From the NCBI GenBank assembly GCA_051294375.1, contig CM119263.1, positions 4,339,947 through 4,403,946 of the forward strand: a DNA stretch of 64,000 bases, written 5' to 3'. Both the position numbers and the translations under genes were made by a program. Positions within the stretch are counted from its first letter, which is position 1; each line of letters opens with the position of its first letter. Origin of the DNA: Paraspadella gotoi. Lineage: Eukaryota > Animalia > Chaetognatha. This document shows positions 11,374 through 26,141 of the stretch, one piece after another. A model generated the notes under the pieces. That model did no database searches. It had not been told where the DNA came from and worked only from the letters and a program-made list of their open reading frames with translations.

Positions 11374-13418
11374 AACCTATTTAGCAGCCAAAGGGGGAAA
11401 ATAAAACCATACTTAGAGCGTTGGAACGAATAGGGACTTTTGGCCCATGAATCCGGATTGAAATTTAACTATAACCTAGCTGATAGCAGCGGGGCTAGCT
11501 AGGATCGACGACGCTAATAGCCTCTCGGGCTCACGCGAAGTTTGAATTTTTTTTCGCGGTTTTTAATAAACGGGCCGGTTTTTCGAAACCTGGTGCTAAC
11601 ATTCGCCGCTGCAGCCGCCGCCGGACGCGAGGACGAGGGAACGCGGGCGTGCAGAAGTGAAGCTGTCGATCCCAGTTCCAGACATCACGGTCGTCGAAGT
11701 CACCAAAAAGTATGGAGGCCTATGCCTAACAGCGAATGGCGAGAGTGAGACTTCACGATAAAGAAGGGATATTTTTATGATTCGCGACCGCAAAACGAAC
11801 GCGGGTTCGGGCGTTCCTACGAATTAAATCGAGGATTAAATAATTTCGTGGAAACTTACCACAAAGCGAAGGTCGATGCTACGGTTCAAGCGATCACAAA
11901 TCTGACGGACGTGCGTGGCCGGTAACGCGCTTTTCGAAGAACTTCACATTTCATTGCCCGTGCACGCCATCATTCGAGACCGACCGCGTGCGTAAAGTTT
12001 ATTAAATCCCGATTATTCGAGCTTCCGTTCGCGCCAAATGTTAGGAATTGGTCCTGTTATTGTTTTGGTCCGCTGCCGAAAAACCGTTCCGGAAGTTTGA
12101 GCTGAGAAAGAAGGGAGGGAAATATTTCTGTACTGGGCCGCCGCGGATAGCCTGTTTTTTTCCGAAAACCCGCGTAACGATCCCCACCTGCCCGTTATGC
12201 ACAGCAGTCCTCGTCCCACACGTCGAGGTGGCTGGAGACTTCGCCCGACTTTCCCGTGTCCACCCATTCGTTCGGAGAGATCGAAGGTCAGCATCCCGCT
12301 ATCGATAAAAACAGTATCTCATGCTTCGTCCAAATCGTCTCGTGAACGGTCCGTCGAGGTTAGTACAACGATCTGGAAAAAATGAAAGGAAGAAAGAATG
12401 ATATAGAAATGGAGGAAAGGAAAATTGAGTTAGCGGCGAGAAAAAGAAAAGAATCGAAAGGAGGAAAGAAAAAAGCGAGAAGAAAAGTTAAATCGTTTTT
12501 AAAAGAAGAGAAATAGTGACGACGTGAAGACCTGTTTTCATGTAGATCCGTTACTATGCGGTCGACGAACGTCGAAACAAAAGCGGACGTGTCGACGACT
12601 GAATGCCGAGACGCCGAAGAAATTCGTCGTAATGAACCGTCGCCGTGAGGAGCATCGTCAGGAGGAAGTGCCGTCTCACAGGAGCGCCGTCATGAGGAGC
12701 GCCGCCGCCGCGAGGAGTGCGCTTGGAAGCGCGCCGCCTTGAGACGTCGCGTCGAGGAGCGTTCGCAGAAAATTCATGAAACCAAAGAGGTGAACCGTTT
12801 TGCACGCCGGTCGATGATGATGCGGCATCAAGACTATACAACATTGTATGCCGCGGTAAGGGGCCGGAGACAGAAAGGGAAAAGCGAAGTCCAAGGTCGA
12901 AGTTTTTTCTTAACGTTTCCAAGAGTGGGGAGAAAATGATCGAATTCTCGCGCCGCGCCGATAGTAACGCCGCCGGGGGTACCCGCCGCCTTACGTTCCG
13001 TTAGCCGCGCCGAAATCCGTACCGCCTCCCGTTCCGCCGCCCGTACAGCCGTTCGTGCTTTCCGTCAATCCAGTTTAAAAGCGAGTGAGCCGCCGGCTCG
13101 CCCCCCGCCGCCGCCGCCGCCGCCGCCGCCGCGTCCTGAGTTAACAAGAAAAAGCTGTTGAGCCGCATGTCGCGCGGTTATCAGAAACGCCGTCGTCCGT
13201 TTATCGGATTTATCACACCGCCGCATAGTCTTGTAATTGTTCTTGTAAACTGAGAGATCTTCCAAGTAGTGCTGCTGCCGTCGTCGACAGGTAGGCCGCC
13301 GGAGGAGGATCGTGAATCTGAAAGGAAAGGAAACGGAGAAAAAGGTTGAGAGGATGCGTAACTCAGCTTTGTATCTTACAAACGCAACAACAGGCATTAA
13401 GTTTGATTAGGCAGAACG

Positions 13419-13659
13419 TCCCCAAGTTAAGTTTAACCGGTAAAGACGCAGAGTGGATTTTCGGAGTCGCAAATGAATTCATTTGAGTCCGTTGATCGTA
13501 TCGGCCGGGGTACAAGATGAGATCTTAATGTCTGAGTTAAAAGAATAATTTCGACGGAGACGCCGGAATAATTGTTTCAGCAATATGAAGGCTTCGGCGA
13601 CATAAAGGAGCCCTGGAAAAAGGTCCAAAAAAGTTTTAACGATTGAGTTCGGTCGTAGA
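13419..13659 (+). pseudogene. gag: BEL/Pao gag remnant (copy 2)
   Basis: Same sequence as copy 1. Confidence 0.7.
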
Positions 13660-15373
13660 ATTTCACAGCGAGGCAAATGTTGAGGATTTATTAAAAAGGC
13701 CCGAAAATCTCGGATTCGAGATCACGCGGGAGCGAGAACCTTTATTCTCGAGATGGAAAAGTTTCACAGTTCGCGCCGTCCGAACAAAATCGTGCCGACC
13801 ACTTTTTCTACGCAAGAAACATACACTGAAGGTCATTTCAAAAAAAATTGCGTTTTAGCCGGTCCGGTTTTCCGAAGAGAATGATTCGACATGAGATGTG
13901 CAGTTTTGAAAGAGAATAGAGAAGGAAATCTCGAAATGGATTTTCGCGGAAGAATTTATTGAACTCGTGAAAGATTGACGAAGATGAGCGAAAGAAAGGA
14001 AGCTGTTGAACAAACAACGTAAAATAATGGGAAACGAGAGAGTGAGTGAGAATGATACAAATGAGCGCACGCACGTACGGTATCACAGAACAATGTGTCC
14101 GTCCGACGCCGCCACGACCACGAAAGCAAAAGCCGTCGGCGCGAGTCAAAGCGTTCCAAACCAAACTCAGATCCAAGCACACACGTTCACCACCGAGAGG
14201 GCAGCGAAAGTCTAAGTGGTGATTTTTGGCGAAAAAGCACATTTTAAACCGGAGTATTTATAAAATTTCTGAGCTGGACGAAGACTCGAGATCCGGCTTG
14301 ATAGGGAGAAAGGCCTGTGCATGTTATGTTTGGTCGAGGACATCAAGCGAGATCATGTTCGAACTTGATGGCTGCCAACGTGTGGACGTCGCGCCCATTC
14401 ACGCATCCTCTGCATCGTGAAGGCCGGCGATAGAGGAAAATTCTTCCTGCTAGCGGCCGCGGTATGGTGACGAACCGGCCGCGTTCAAACCAATAGTACC
14501 TGTTGTTGTAACGAAATGAGAATAAAATCTGTTGTTACATACGCTAATGTTAGACAGCGGAGCCACGAGATCGGCAATTTCACTTAGATTGCGGCGAGAA
14601 TTATAATGTAAATACTTATGCTGAATTTACAAATTTAACGGCACGTACAACAAAGTATCAAAAGCCTGGAGAGATTACACGACATTAGAATTTCGAATTT
14701 GGACGAACTTACGCCACGGAAATAAACAAATAGTTTTTAGTCGGCGACGTATTAACGACAGAGACCGACCGACCGACAAAATCACGAAATTGAAGATTAC
14801 AATTACATAAGGAAGTGAGATTTGAGGAATTGGAAAGAAGATGCGGTTGAGATGTGATTCTCGACGGCCAGGTTGGCACATGTCTTGGGTCGGTGGAAGA
14901 CAGGATCGGGCCGGAAGGGTTTCCCGTTGCACTAAAGAACGAAGTTTCGGATGACGACTGATCGAGCAAGTGACGAAACGAAAGTGGAGATCACGTAAGT
15001 TGTTTGTTCGACGTTGCCAGAGACGTAGAAACTGGCAATATTTGATCGCGAATATGTTTTCGTTATGATTTTCTGTTTGGAAGGGTCGAACTGTATCGTC
15101 GAGGTTCAACACGCGTCTCCGTGCAAGATGGATTTCGCGATTGAGCAGCTTGAGAGAGAAAATTTATTTCAATGAGTCAACGGCATTATGTCGCGCCATC
15201 GCCATGGAAAAACACGGAAGGAAAAAACCGCTTGAGATGTTCGCGAAGATGAAAAAGAAGTTACGAAGAGCGCAGAGAACAGAGCGAGGAAGTTCGGGCA
15301 AATAAAATGAGAAAAGATCGGTGGTGCTTGAAGGGGTGTTAAAGACGATGAGGAAACCATAAGGTTTGGGTCA

Positions 15374-16014
15374 TGTAAAGAAAAAGCTAAAGTTGAGAAT
15401 CCGTTCGCTGATTTGCCCGTGTTTTTTCGCGCCGTTACCTCGTCGTTACAAGCGGGACAAGAACCGGCAAAATTTCGTATTTGCCCAGGTGCGTTGTCGA
15501 AAGTCAAAGGAAAGTGTTTAAATGATTTTTTGATACGCTGTACCCGATAACCTTACACTTTAGTCGGCATGTTGTTAAAATTTCGCCGAAAAAAGGTACA
15601 GCTATTCCGGAGATATTAAAGGATTTTTTCACCAAGTTGAGCTTCATCCAAAAGACGTGCCGCGTTTCAGGTACCATTGGTACAAGGATAAGTCGATGAG
15701 GGAATTGGAGGTGCGCGAGCCGCTCGTGCCACGGTGTTCGGTGGCGGCCGGAAGCCCAGGTATAGACAGACTTTCCGTGGTGCAATATCATGGTATAGAG
15801 ACTGAGTTCAAAAGAAAGATTTTTTCGCCGGAGGTGATAGCGGCGTTTTTCTTGAAAGTAATACGTCGATGATTTTTTTGATTCGTTGGACGGGATTAAG
15901 GCGGCAAGGAAGATGAAAAGGACAATGACTGAGGGATGAGAAAGGGTGGATTTGAAACTGGAGAAATAGCAAGCATCGGACGAGAGAATTTTGTCGGACA
16001 GGCGGACGGCGAAC
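15374..16014 (+). pseudogene. pol: Pao-type reverse transcriptase remnant (copy 2)
   Basis: Same sequence as copy 1; YVDD at 15862. Confidence 0.9.
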
Positions 16015-17362
16015 GAATGAAGACCAAAAGTGGTTGACGGCAGTCGCGGACGAAGAACTGGAAAGACGATTTTGGAAAGAATGGCCGAAAACGCGCTGCC
16101 GGAGGATCCGTCGATACGCCAAATATGATTCGAAGGATTGGAGTCGCATTTAAAGACATTTGAAAAGTCGCCCATTGTTTTGTTTTGTTGTTAAGTCGCG
16201 TGCGCGAAGTAATCTTGACCAGGAAACTAAAAAGGGAAACATTAATTAGAAATAAGCGAGGGAAGGGCCACGTCAAATTTGTGACGAGGTCGAAAACTAG
16301 ATACCAAATAAAGCATTAACGAAAATAAAAAACAAAAAAAGAACTTACCTTTAAAAATTAACGACGGTAAATAGGATAAACGAGATCAACAAAAGTTTTA
16401 AGAGCGAAAATGAAAGTAAAACATATTGATCGAGAGAAAAGATAAAGTCCTATAGGATAGGCTAGTATTAAAATAGGAAAGCATACTAGCTAGATGCGGA
16501 TTACTTATTAAATTTAATTTCAACCGTATTCGAAATAACATTAATTTTTGCTCATAACAAAAAAAAAAAAAAAAAAAAAAAGAAAAGAAAAAAAGAACAT
16601 TATCTAAACAAACTAATTCTTGCAGTGCAAGAAAGGGGGAGAGAAATTCAGCGTAGTTTCGTCCGTCTCGAATGCACGCATGCAAATGCCCGCACACGCA
16701 CGTAACACGCAGTACACAGCCAAAACTCGTTCCAGACAAGATGAAGACGGAGACAACGAAAGACGGTACGGCAAAGCGTCAAGCAAAGCAAAGCGTAAAA
16801 GCAGAGCAGAACGTCATCAGCAAGCAGAACTAGGACGTCATCGAACAGAACAACAGCGTGCATCGAGCAGAGCATCATTCGCGGCGTCAGTCCGTAGCGC
16901 GTCGTCGGGCGCCGTGCGTGGAAAGAGAGACGAAACAAGGCCAGCCAAAGATTGTTGCACACTCCGTCGTCATGGGCGTCAAGAACTGTTGCTGACCCCA
17001 TCAAGGGCCAATCAAAGACGTTCTAGTTCGTCGTCAAAGGACGTTGCAACGGGTCGTCAAGGTTGTGTCAACCCAAGATGCCAGCAGAATCCGGTCAAAG
17101 AAAGCAGAACGTTCACTCGCGGGAGAATGGGCAACCGTTACGGGGGGAGCTCGTGCCATGGAGACGACGAAAGCCGGGCGCGGACTTGGGATACGGGGAA
17201 ATATACTTTGGGGATATGGGGGAAATGAACTTTGGGGAAAGGGGCAGTACGTCAAAGGAAAATACATTACTTCTTCAAATTGCAATGGGCGAAGATTTGA
17301 TTTGTTTCTTGTAGCGACTATTAGTAGTTTAATTGTTTTTGGTCGAAGGGTCGACGGGGGAG

Positions 17363-17776
17363 TGTAAAGAATAGTCGTACGTTTATGAATAGCTGTATTG
17401 CACTGCATAGGTCGTATAGCGCTGCTTACGGCGTCGTCGATAATTTGTTATTTGAGTTAGCCTAGTTACTGAAACCTTCACTACCGTTTTGAGGCGCCGT
17501 AAGACGATTCGAGCGTTACCGAGTTTTTGAAACCGATTATTTTGAGAAAAACTGTAAAAATCCCTAACTGCCCAAAATGTAAGATGAAATTGTAAAATGT
17601 AATTCGACATTGTATTTGATAAATAATAATTTCTGCAGATTTGAACACTTCGCTTCTGCCGTCACTTCACATCCTACCAATAAAACTACTCTCGTTGAAA
17701 CTCAACGGGCATTTAACATTTAGACAGATATTTTTTGATTAGGCTTTTTGTAGTGGAAATTTCGATTTCAAATAAT
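17363..17776 (+). repeat. 3' LTR, copy 2
   Basis: Matches 7679-8092. Confidence 0.85.
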
Positions 17777-17895
17777 TCTCGCGTTCATCTTCGTGCGGCC
17801 GGTCCTGTCCAATTTCAATATATGTATTTCTCATCTCTCTCTTCTCGTCTCTCTCTCATCTCTCTCTCGTCTCGTCTCTCTCTCTCCTTCTCTCA

Positions 17896-17938
<43 letters not shown>

Positions 17939-18296
17939 ATCATCTCTCTCTCTCTCTGACTTCAGAAAATGTGGTTTTGTTTCCATACTCGCCTTCATTC
18001 TCGAATGACAATCGAAAATATTCATTTTGACTTTCGTCATTATCTTTTTTTATAACAATACAATTTTTTTTTGTATATCTGGCAGGAAAGCAGAGCTTCT
18101 CTCGTTGCTTGGTCAGAGGGAAGCTAATTTTTTTCTCGTTTATCCAACTAATAACGAAACTTTTTTTAAACTTTATTCTGCATAAATTTTTTTAAAAAAT
18201 GTTCATTATTTACCAGTCAAAAAATAATTTTCTCCTTCGTTAATCACTTTTAGTTTTGGCTCTCTCATCCTTTGGCTTGAAAACAGCGTCACACCC

Positions 18297-18335
<39 letters not shown>

Positions 18336-18923
18336 AAGAGAGAGATAAGTCGACGACGACTTTTAGGAAAGTTCAGAGAATTTGCTTGGTCAGCTTCCAT
18401 GTCTTCCAAACTTATTCACCATCACCACAATCAACTGAACTCAACACATTGAACCCAATCTTCACTCACTAATAATTAAAAATTTTAATGATCAACCTAA
18501 TAAGTAGAATCTTATTAATTAGTCCTATTGATTACTATTGATTCATAATTAATCATTAAGCCTTGAAAATGATTAAAATTAAAATGCGTTAAAAACTGCT
18601 AAATACCTCGCTAGTCAAGAAACGGGAACCCATTCGAACGCCAGAGAATAGTAAAATGGTGCCCCTTAAGAACCTCGTGAGCCCCGGAATTTGGCATAAT
18701 TCCACTTGTTTAATGACGGAAAGGCAGGTCAGCCTGGGTGACAGAAATTTTTTGTCCTGAGAAGAAACTCACGGAAAACGAGGGGGAGAGAAGAGAGAGA
18801 CAGAGGAGAAGAGAAAAAAGGAAGGTTCTTTCTCTTTGCAAGGCAAATTTTTTTCTTTCTTTTCTTTTCTTTTTGCGAAACGAGCGGGAGGGGAGAGAGT
18901 ATATATATGAGAGAGAGAGAAGA

Positions 18924-18986
<63 letters not shown>

Positions 18987-19459
18987 AGAAGAGAGAGAGA
19001 GAGAAGAGAAGAAGAGAGAGAAAAAACCGGGGAGGGAGATAAACCCTGGAGAGACATGAAGTTCTCTTTGCATTTCTTATTCTTTAAATCTTTTTTTAAA
19101 TCCTTTTTTCTTTTCCTTTCACTACTTTCTTCCTCTCTACTTCATTTCTCTTTCTTATCTTTTCAAAGTCAAAGTCTCGAGTTGAGATGAAGAAGTCAAC
19201 CGTTGACGACGCCTTCTTCACACTCACACTCCACACTCTACACTCCACACTTCACACTCCACATTTCACAATCCACACTCCACACTCCAATTTCATACTC
19301 GTCACTCCTAACCTCAACCATATTTAAACCTACCATCCTGCCACAACCACCTATTGTGTCGCCTCGCTTAGATGATTGTCAGTTAAAGCAATTTGTGTCC
19401 TATGACATTTTGTTATACATTTTGTTTGTGTTTCTTTTTAATTAGGGCATTTGAACTAA

Positions 19460-19660
19460 TATTCCCAACCTAATCCTGAACCTGAACTCTGAGCCGAAAC
19501 CCTAGCCCTAATTTCCAAACCGTAATCTCAAAAAACCCTAAACTCTACTACCCATCTTGATCCCTAACCTAATCATAAACCAATCTTTAACTTTAATCAT
19601 TAACCTGATCCGTAAACCGATCCTTAACCCTAACCTGTTACTTAATCTCACCTAATTCGG
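19460..19660 (+). repeat. Degenerate (CCCTAA)n-like interstitial tract
   Basis: CCTAAT/CCTGAA/CCCTAA/CCCTAG hexamer variants. Shares AACCGTAATCTC and CCAATCTTTAAC with 43040-43205. Confidence 0.8.
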
Positions 19661-20055
19661 AATTTAAGATAAAAGAAGGCGTTCTCGGATAAAAAGGCGA
19701 ATATTATATATATAATAATATATATATTATATATTCAATTGCATGAACATTCGAACTCGAAAATCGCAATTATCGTAATAGCTTCTCGTTCCACACTTTA
19801 AACTACCCATTTTCTCCACACCCCCCAAAACCACCACGAAACCACCTCTTTCCCACCACCCACTTCTTTTTAACGCCTTTGTTTGCTAGAACTAATTAGA
19901 CGCAAACGTTCGTTAGCCTTCGTCTGAATTTACGGTGACAAGGAACGAGGTTTTCGCTTTGCATAGCAGAGGGGGGGGGGAGATGGGGGGAGAAAGAGCG
20001 ATAATAAGCGTCGTATCGCTGCGGTAAAAAGCGTCGGTAAAAAAGCGTCGGTCTA

Positions 20056-20138
<83 letters not shown>

Positions 20139-20377
20139 ATTAATCTCCCACAAACGAAGTCGAGGATTTATACTCCTCGGCATCTTTCGACAACAACAAC
20201 AACTACCACTAGGAAAACTACAACTCGGTTAAAGACCAAGAATTTATGTTTCATTTCTTCTTTATAGATTTTTTTTTAATGAGACAATAAATCTGAAACA
20301 ATATTTACGACGGTCGACGCTCGACCGTGAAAAGCCAAACGTTTCACTTTTTTTGTTGCGAAGCGTCTCTCTCTCTA

Positions 20378-20453
<76 letters not shown>

Positions 20454-21093
20454 CTCTCTCGTGATTTATGAAGTGCTCAATTCTCGTCCGTCCATTCACG
20501 CGTCGAGCGCCCCCTTTTTTCTCCGATGTCCATCTCTCGGTTTTTTTTCGAAGAAACAAAAGACTAATATTAAAAAAAAGATAATTTAATTAAGTCGGAA
20601 TCGAGGTTTTAATTAAGGCGCGTTTTTTCATTTCCATCCTCGACTCGTGTAATTAAGGCGAGAAAGGTGGAGGAGCTAGATTTTAATTACGTTTGATTTA
20701 TATGAACATTTATTTTATCGAACATCGTCGTATAATATGACTTGCGAGTATCCATTTTTGTCTTTAGATGAGATATCTTAGTTTTAGTAATGATATTTTT
20801 AGTTTTGTTTTCACATTTTTTCCTATTTTGCATATAATAAATCAGTTAAACGTTTTTTTTTAGCCAAACTTTTAATTAATTTGCCTCGAGCGCTTTGCGT
20901 CGCTTCTCCTCACCATCAGCCCTCACTCCGCGAGTCCCAGCCAACGCCCTGCACTCACCTCCACTAACTCACGCCATACCGCGCTCCCACAGCCGCCCAC
21001 ACGCGCGCCACACGCGCGCCCACACGCGCGCCCAAACAACGCGCCACACGTCGCAAACGAATCGTCGAATCTCGTCCGATGATGTATATCTCG

Positions 21094-21500
21094 TGTAAAG
21101 AATAGTCGTACGTTTACTGATAGCTGTATGCACTGCATAGTCGTCACTAGCGGCTGCTTACGCGCGTCGATATTTGTTTATTGAGTTTGCCTAGTTTACC
21201 GAAACCTTACACTACCGTTTTTGAGGCGCCGTAAGACGATTCGACGTTACGAAAGTTTTTTGAAACGATTATTTTGAGGAAACGTAAAAAAATCCCTAAC
21301 TGCCCAAAATGTAAATGAAATTGTAAAATGTAATTCGACATTGTAATTTGATAAATAATATTTCTGCAGAGTTTTGAACACTTCGCTCTCCGTCACTTAG
21401 CATCTCAATAAACTACTCTTCGTTGAACTCACGGGCATTTAACATTTAGACAGATATTTTTGATAGGCTTTTGCTCAGTGGACATCGATTTCCATATTCA
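21094..21500 (+). repeat. 5' LTR, copy 3
   Basis: Matches 1283-1689. Confidence 0.85.
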
Positions 21501-23545
21501 AACCTATTTAGCAGCCAAAGGGGGAAAATAAAACCATACTTAGAGCGTTGGAACGAATAGGGACTTTTGGCCCATGAATCCGGATTGAAATTTAACTATA
21601 ACCTAGCTGATAGCAGCGGGGCTAGCTAGGATCGACGACGCTAATAGCCTCTCGGGCTCACGCGAAGTTTGAATTTTTTTTCGCGGTTTTTAATAAACGG
21701 GCCGGTTTTTCGAAACCTGGTGCTAACATTCGCCGCTGCAGCCGCCGCCGGACGCGAGGACGAGGGAACGCGGGCGTGCAGAAGTGAAGCTGTCGATCCC
21801 AGTTCCAGACATCACGGTCGTCGAAGTCACCAAAAAGTATGGAGGCCTATGCCTAACAGCGAATGGCGAGAGTGAGACTTCACGATAAAGAAGGGATATT
21901 TTTATGATTCGCGACCGCAAAACGAACGCGGGTTCGGGCGTTCCTACGAATTAAATCGAGGATTAAATAATTTCGTGGAAACTTACCACAAAGCGAAGGT
22001 CGATGCTACGGTTCAAGCGATCACAAATCTGACGGACGTGCGTGGCCGGTAACGCGCTTTTCGAAGAACTTCACATTTCATTGCCCGTGCACGCCATCAT
22101 TCGAGACCGACCGCGTGCGTAAAGTTTATTAAATCCCGATTATTCGAGCTTCCGTTCGCGCCAAATGTTAGGAATTGGTCCTGTTATTGTTTTGGTCCGC
22201 TGCCGAAAAACCGTTCCGGAAGTTTGAGCTGAGAAAGAAGGGAGGGAAATATTTCTGTACTGGGCCGCCGCGGATAGCCTGTTTTTTTCCGAAAACCCGC
22301 GTAACGATCCCCACCTGCCCGTTATGCACAGCAGTCCTCGTCCCACACGTCGAGGTGGCTGGAGACTTCGCCCGACTTTCCCGTGTCCACCCATTCGTTC
22401 GGAGAGATCGAAGGTCAGCATCCCGCTATCGATAAAAACAGTATCTCATGCTTCGTCCAAATCGTCTCGTGAACGGTCCGTCGAGGTTAGTACAACGATC
22501 TGGAAAAAATGAAAGGAAGAAAGAATGATATAGAAATGGAGGAAAGGAAAATTGAGTTAGCGGCGAGAAAAAGAAAAGAATCGAAAGGAGGAAAGAAAAA
22601 AGCGAGAAGAAAAGTTAAATCGTTTTTAAAAGAAGAGAAATAGTGACGACGTGAAGACCTGTTTTCATGTAGATCCGTTACTATGCGGTCGACGAACGTC
22701 GAAACAAAAGCGGACGTGTCGACGACTGAATGCCGAGACGCCGAAGAAATTCGTCGTAATGAACCGTCGCCGTGAGGAGCATCGTCAGGAGGAAGTGCCG
22801 TCTCACAGGAGCGCCGTCATGAGGAGCGCCGCCGCCGCGAGGAGTGCGCTTGGAAGCGCGCCGCCTTGAGACGTCGCGTCGAGGAGCGTTCGCAGAAAAT
22901 TCATGAAACCAAAGAGGTGAACCGTTTTGCACGCCGGTCGATGATGATGCGGCATCAAGACTATACAACATTGTATGCCGCGGTAAGGGGCCGGAGACAG
23001 AAAGGGAAAAGCGAAGTCCAAGGTCGAAGTTTTTTCTTAACGTTTCCAAGAGTGGGGAGAAAATGATCGAATTCTCGCGCCGCGCCGATAGTAACGCCGC
23101 CGGGGGTACCCGCCGCCTTACGTTCCGTTAGCCGCGCCGAAATCCGTACCGCCTCCCGTTCCGCCGCCCGTACAGCCGTTCGTGCTTTCCGTCAATCCAG
23201 TTTAAAAGCGAGTGAGCCGCCGGCTCGCCCCCCGCCGCCGCCGCCGCCGCCGCCGCCGCGTCCTGAGTTAACAAGAAAAAGCTGTTGAGCCGCATGTCGC
23301 GCGGTTATCAGAAACGCCGTCGTCCGTTTATCGGATTTATCACACCGCCGCATAGTCTTGTAATTGTTCTTGTAAACTGAGAGATCTTCCAAGTAGTGCT
23401 GCTGCCGTCGTCGACAGGTAGGCCGCCGGAGGAGGATCGTGAATCTGAAAGGAAAGGAAACGGAGAAAAAGGTTGAGAGGATGCGTAACTCAGCTTTGTA
23501 TCTTACAAACGCAACAACAGGCATTAAGTTTGATTAGGCAGAACG

Positions 23546-23786
23546 TCCCCAAGTTAAGTTTAACCGGTAAAGACGCAGAGTGGATTTTCGGAGTCGCAAA
23601 TGAATTCATTTGAGTCCGTTGATCGTATCGGCCGGGGTACAAGATGAGATCTTAATGTCTGAGTTAAAAGAATAATTTCGACGGAGACGCCGGAATAATT
23701 GTTTCAGCAATATGAAGGCTTCGGCGACATAAAGGAGCCCTGGAAAAAGGTCCAAAAAAGTTTTAACGATTGAGTTCGGTCGTAGA
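23546..23786 (+). pseudogene. gag: BEL/Pao gag remnant (copy 3)
   Basis: Same sequence as copy 1. Confidence 0.7.
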
Positions 23787-25500
23787 ATTTCACAGCGAGG
23801 CAAATGTTGAGGATTTATTAAAAAGGCCCGAAAATCTCGGATTCGAGATCACGCGGGAGCGAGAACCTTTATTCTCGAGATGGAAAAGTTTCACAGTTCG
23901 CGCCGTCCGAACAAAATCGTGCCGACCACTTTTTCTACGCAAGAAACATACACTGAAGGTCATTTCAAAAAAAATTGCGTTTTAGCCGGTCCGGTTTTCC
24001 GAAGAGAATGATTCGACATGAGATGTGCAGTTTTGAAAGAGAATAGAGAAGGAAATCTCGAAATGGATTTTCGCGGAAGAATTTATTGAACTCGTGAAAG
24101 ATTGACGAAGATGAGCGAAAGAAAGGAAGCTGTTGAACAAACAACGTAAAATAATGGGAAACGAGAGAGTGAGTGAGAATGATACAAATGAGCGCACGCA
24201 CGTACGGTATCACAGAACAATGTGTCCGTCCGACGCCGCCACGACCACGAAAGCAAAAGCCGTCGGCGCGAGTCAAAGCGTTCCAAACCAAACTCAGATC
24301 CAAGCACACACGTTCACCACCGAGAGGGCAGCGAAAGTCTAAGTGGTGATTTTTGGCGAAAAAGCACATTTTAAACCGGAGTATTTATAAAATTTCTGAG
24401 CTGGACGAAGACTCGAGATCCGGCTTGATAGGGAGAAAGGCCTGTGCATGTTATGTTTGGTCGAGGACATCAAGCGAGATCATGTTCGAACTTGATGGCT
24501 GCCAACGTGTGGACGTCGCGCCCATTCACGCATCCTCTGCATCGTGAAGGCCGGCGATAGAGGAAAATTCTTCCTGCTAGCGGCCGCGGTATGGTGACGA
24601 ACCGGCCGCGTTCAAACCAATAGTACCTGTTGTTGTAACGAAATGAGAATAAAATCTGTTGTTACATACGCTAATGTTAGACAGCGGAGCCACGAGATCG
24701 GCAATTTCACTTAGATTGCGGCGAGAATTATAATGTAAATACTTATGCTGAATTTACAAATTTAACGGCACGTACAACAAAGTATCAAAAGCCTGGAGAG
24801 ATTACACGACATTAGAATTTCGAATTTGGACGAACTTACGCCACGGAAATAAACAAATAGTTTTTAGTCGGCGACGTATTAACGACAGAGACCGACCGAC
24901 CGACAAAATCACGAAATTGAAGATTACAATTACATAAGGAAGTGAGATTTGAGGAATTGGAAAGAAGATGCGGTTGAGATGTGATTCTCGACGGCCAGGT
25001 TGGCACATGTCTTGGGTCGGTGGAAGACAGGATCGGGCCGGAAGGGTTTCCCGTTGCACTAAAGAACGAAGTTTCGGATGACGACTGATCGAGCAAGTGA
25101 CGAAACGAAAGTGGAGATCACGTAAGTTGTTTGTTCGACGTTGCCAGAGACGTAGAAACTGGCAATATTTGATCGCGAATATGTTTTCGTTATGATTTTC
25201 TGTTTGGAAGGGTCGAACTGTATCGTCGAGGTTCAACACGCGTCTCCGTGCAAGATGGATTTCGCGATTGAGCAGCTTGAGAGAGAAAATTTATTTCAAT
25301 GAGTCAACGGCATTATGTCGCGCCATCGCCATGGAAAAACACGGAAGGAAAAAACCGCTTGAGATGTTCGCGAAGATGAAAAAGAAGTTACGAAGAGCGC
25401 AGAGAACAGAGCGAGGAAGTTCGGGCAAATAAAATGAGAAAAGATCGGTGGTGCTTGAAGGGGTGTTAAAGACGATGAGGAAACCATAAGGTTTGGGTCA

Positions 25501-26141
25501 TGTAAAGAAAAAGCTAAAGTTGAGAATCCGTTCGCTGATTTGCCCGTGTTTTTTCGCGCCGTTACCTCGTCGTTACAAGCGGGACAAGAACCGGCAAAAT
25601 TTCGTATTTGCCCAGGTGCGTTGTCGAAAGTCAAAGGAAAGTGTTTAAATGATTTTTTGATACGCTGTACCCGATAACCTTACACTTTAGTCGGCATGTT
25701 GTTAAAATTTCGCCGAAAAAAGGTACAGCTATTCCGGAGATATTAAAGGATTTTTTCACCAAGTTGAGCTTCATCCAAAAGACGTGCCGCGTTTCAGGTA
25801 CCATTGGTACAAGGATAAGTCGATGAGGGAATTGGAGGTGCGCGAGCCGCTCGTGCCACGGTGTTCGGTGGCGGCCGGAAGCCCAGGTATAGACAGACTT
25901 TCCGTGGTGCAATATCATGGTATAGAGACTGAGTTCAAAAGAAAGATTTTTTCGCCGGAGGTGATAGCGGCGTTTTTCTTGAAAGTAATACGTCGATGAT
26001 TTTTTTGATTCGTTGGACGGGATTAAGGCGGCAAGGAAGATGAAAAGGACAATGACTGAGGGATGAGAAAGGGTGGATTTGAAACTGGAGAAATAGCAAG
26101 CATCGGACGAGAGAATTTTGTCGGACAGGCGGACGGCGAAC
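25501..26141 (+). pseudogene. pol: Pao-type reverse transcriptase remnant (copy 3)
   Basis: Same sequence as copy 1; YVDD at 25989. Confidence 0.9.

Larger units (their letters stand above)
10967..17776 (+). mobile_element. BEL/Pao LTR retrotransposon (copy 2)
   Basis: Same sequence as 1283-8092 at offset +9684. Confidence 0.9.
9991..18331 (+). repeat. Triplicated locus 1, copy 2 (starts and ends in AG/CT microsatellites; lacks the (GAAT)n right flank)
   Basis: Offset +9684 to copy 1. It diverges from copies 1 and 3 after the (CT)n tract at ~18300-18331. Confidence 0.97.

Noticed and set aside
18335-18780. Possible minus-strand exons (EDWVQC..., NKWNYAKFRG...)
   Set aside because: Stops in all frames, single noisy copy and no recognisable homology.
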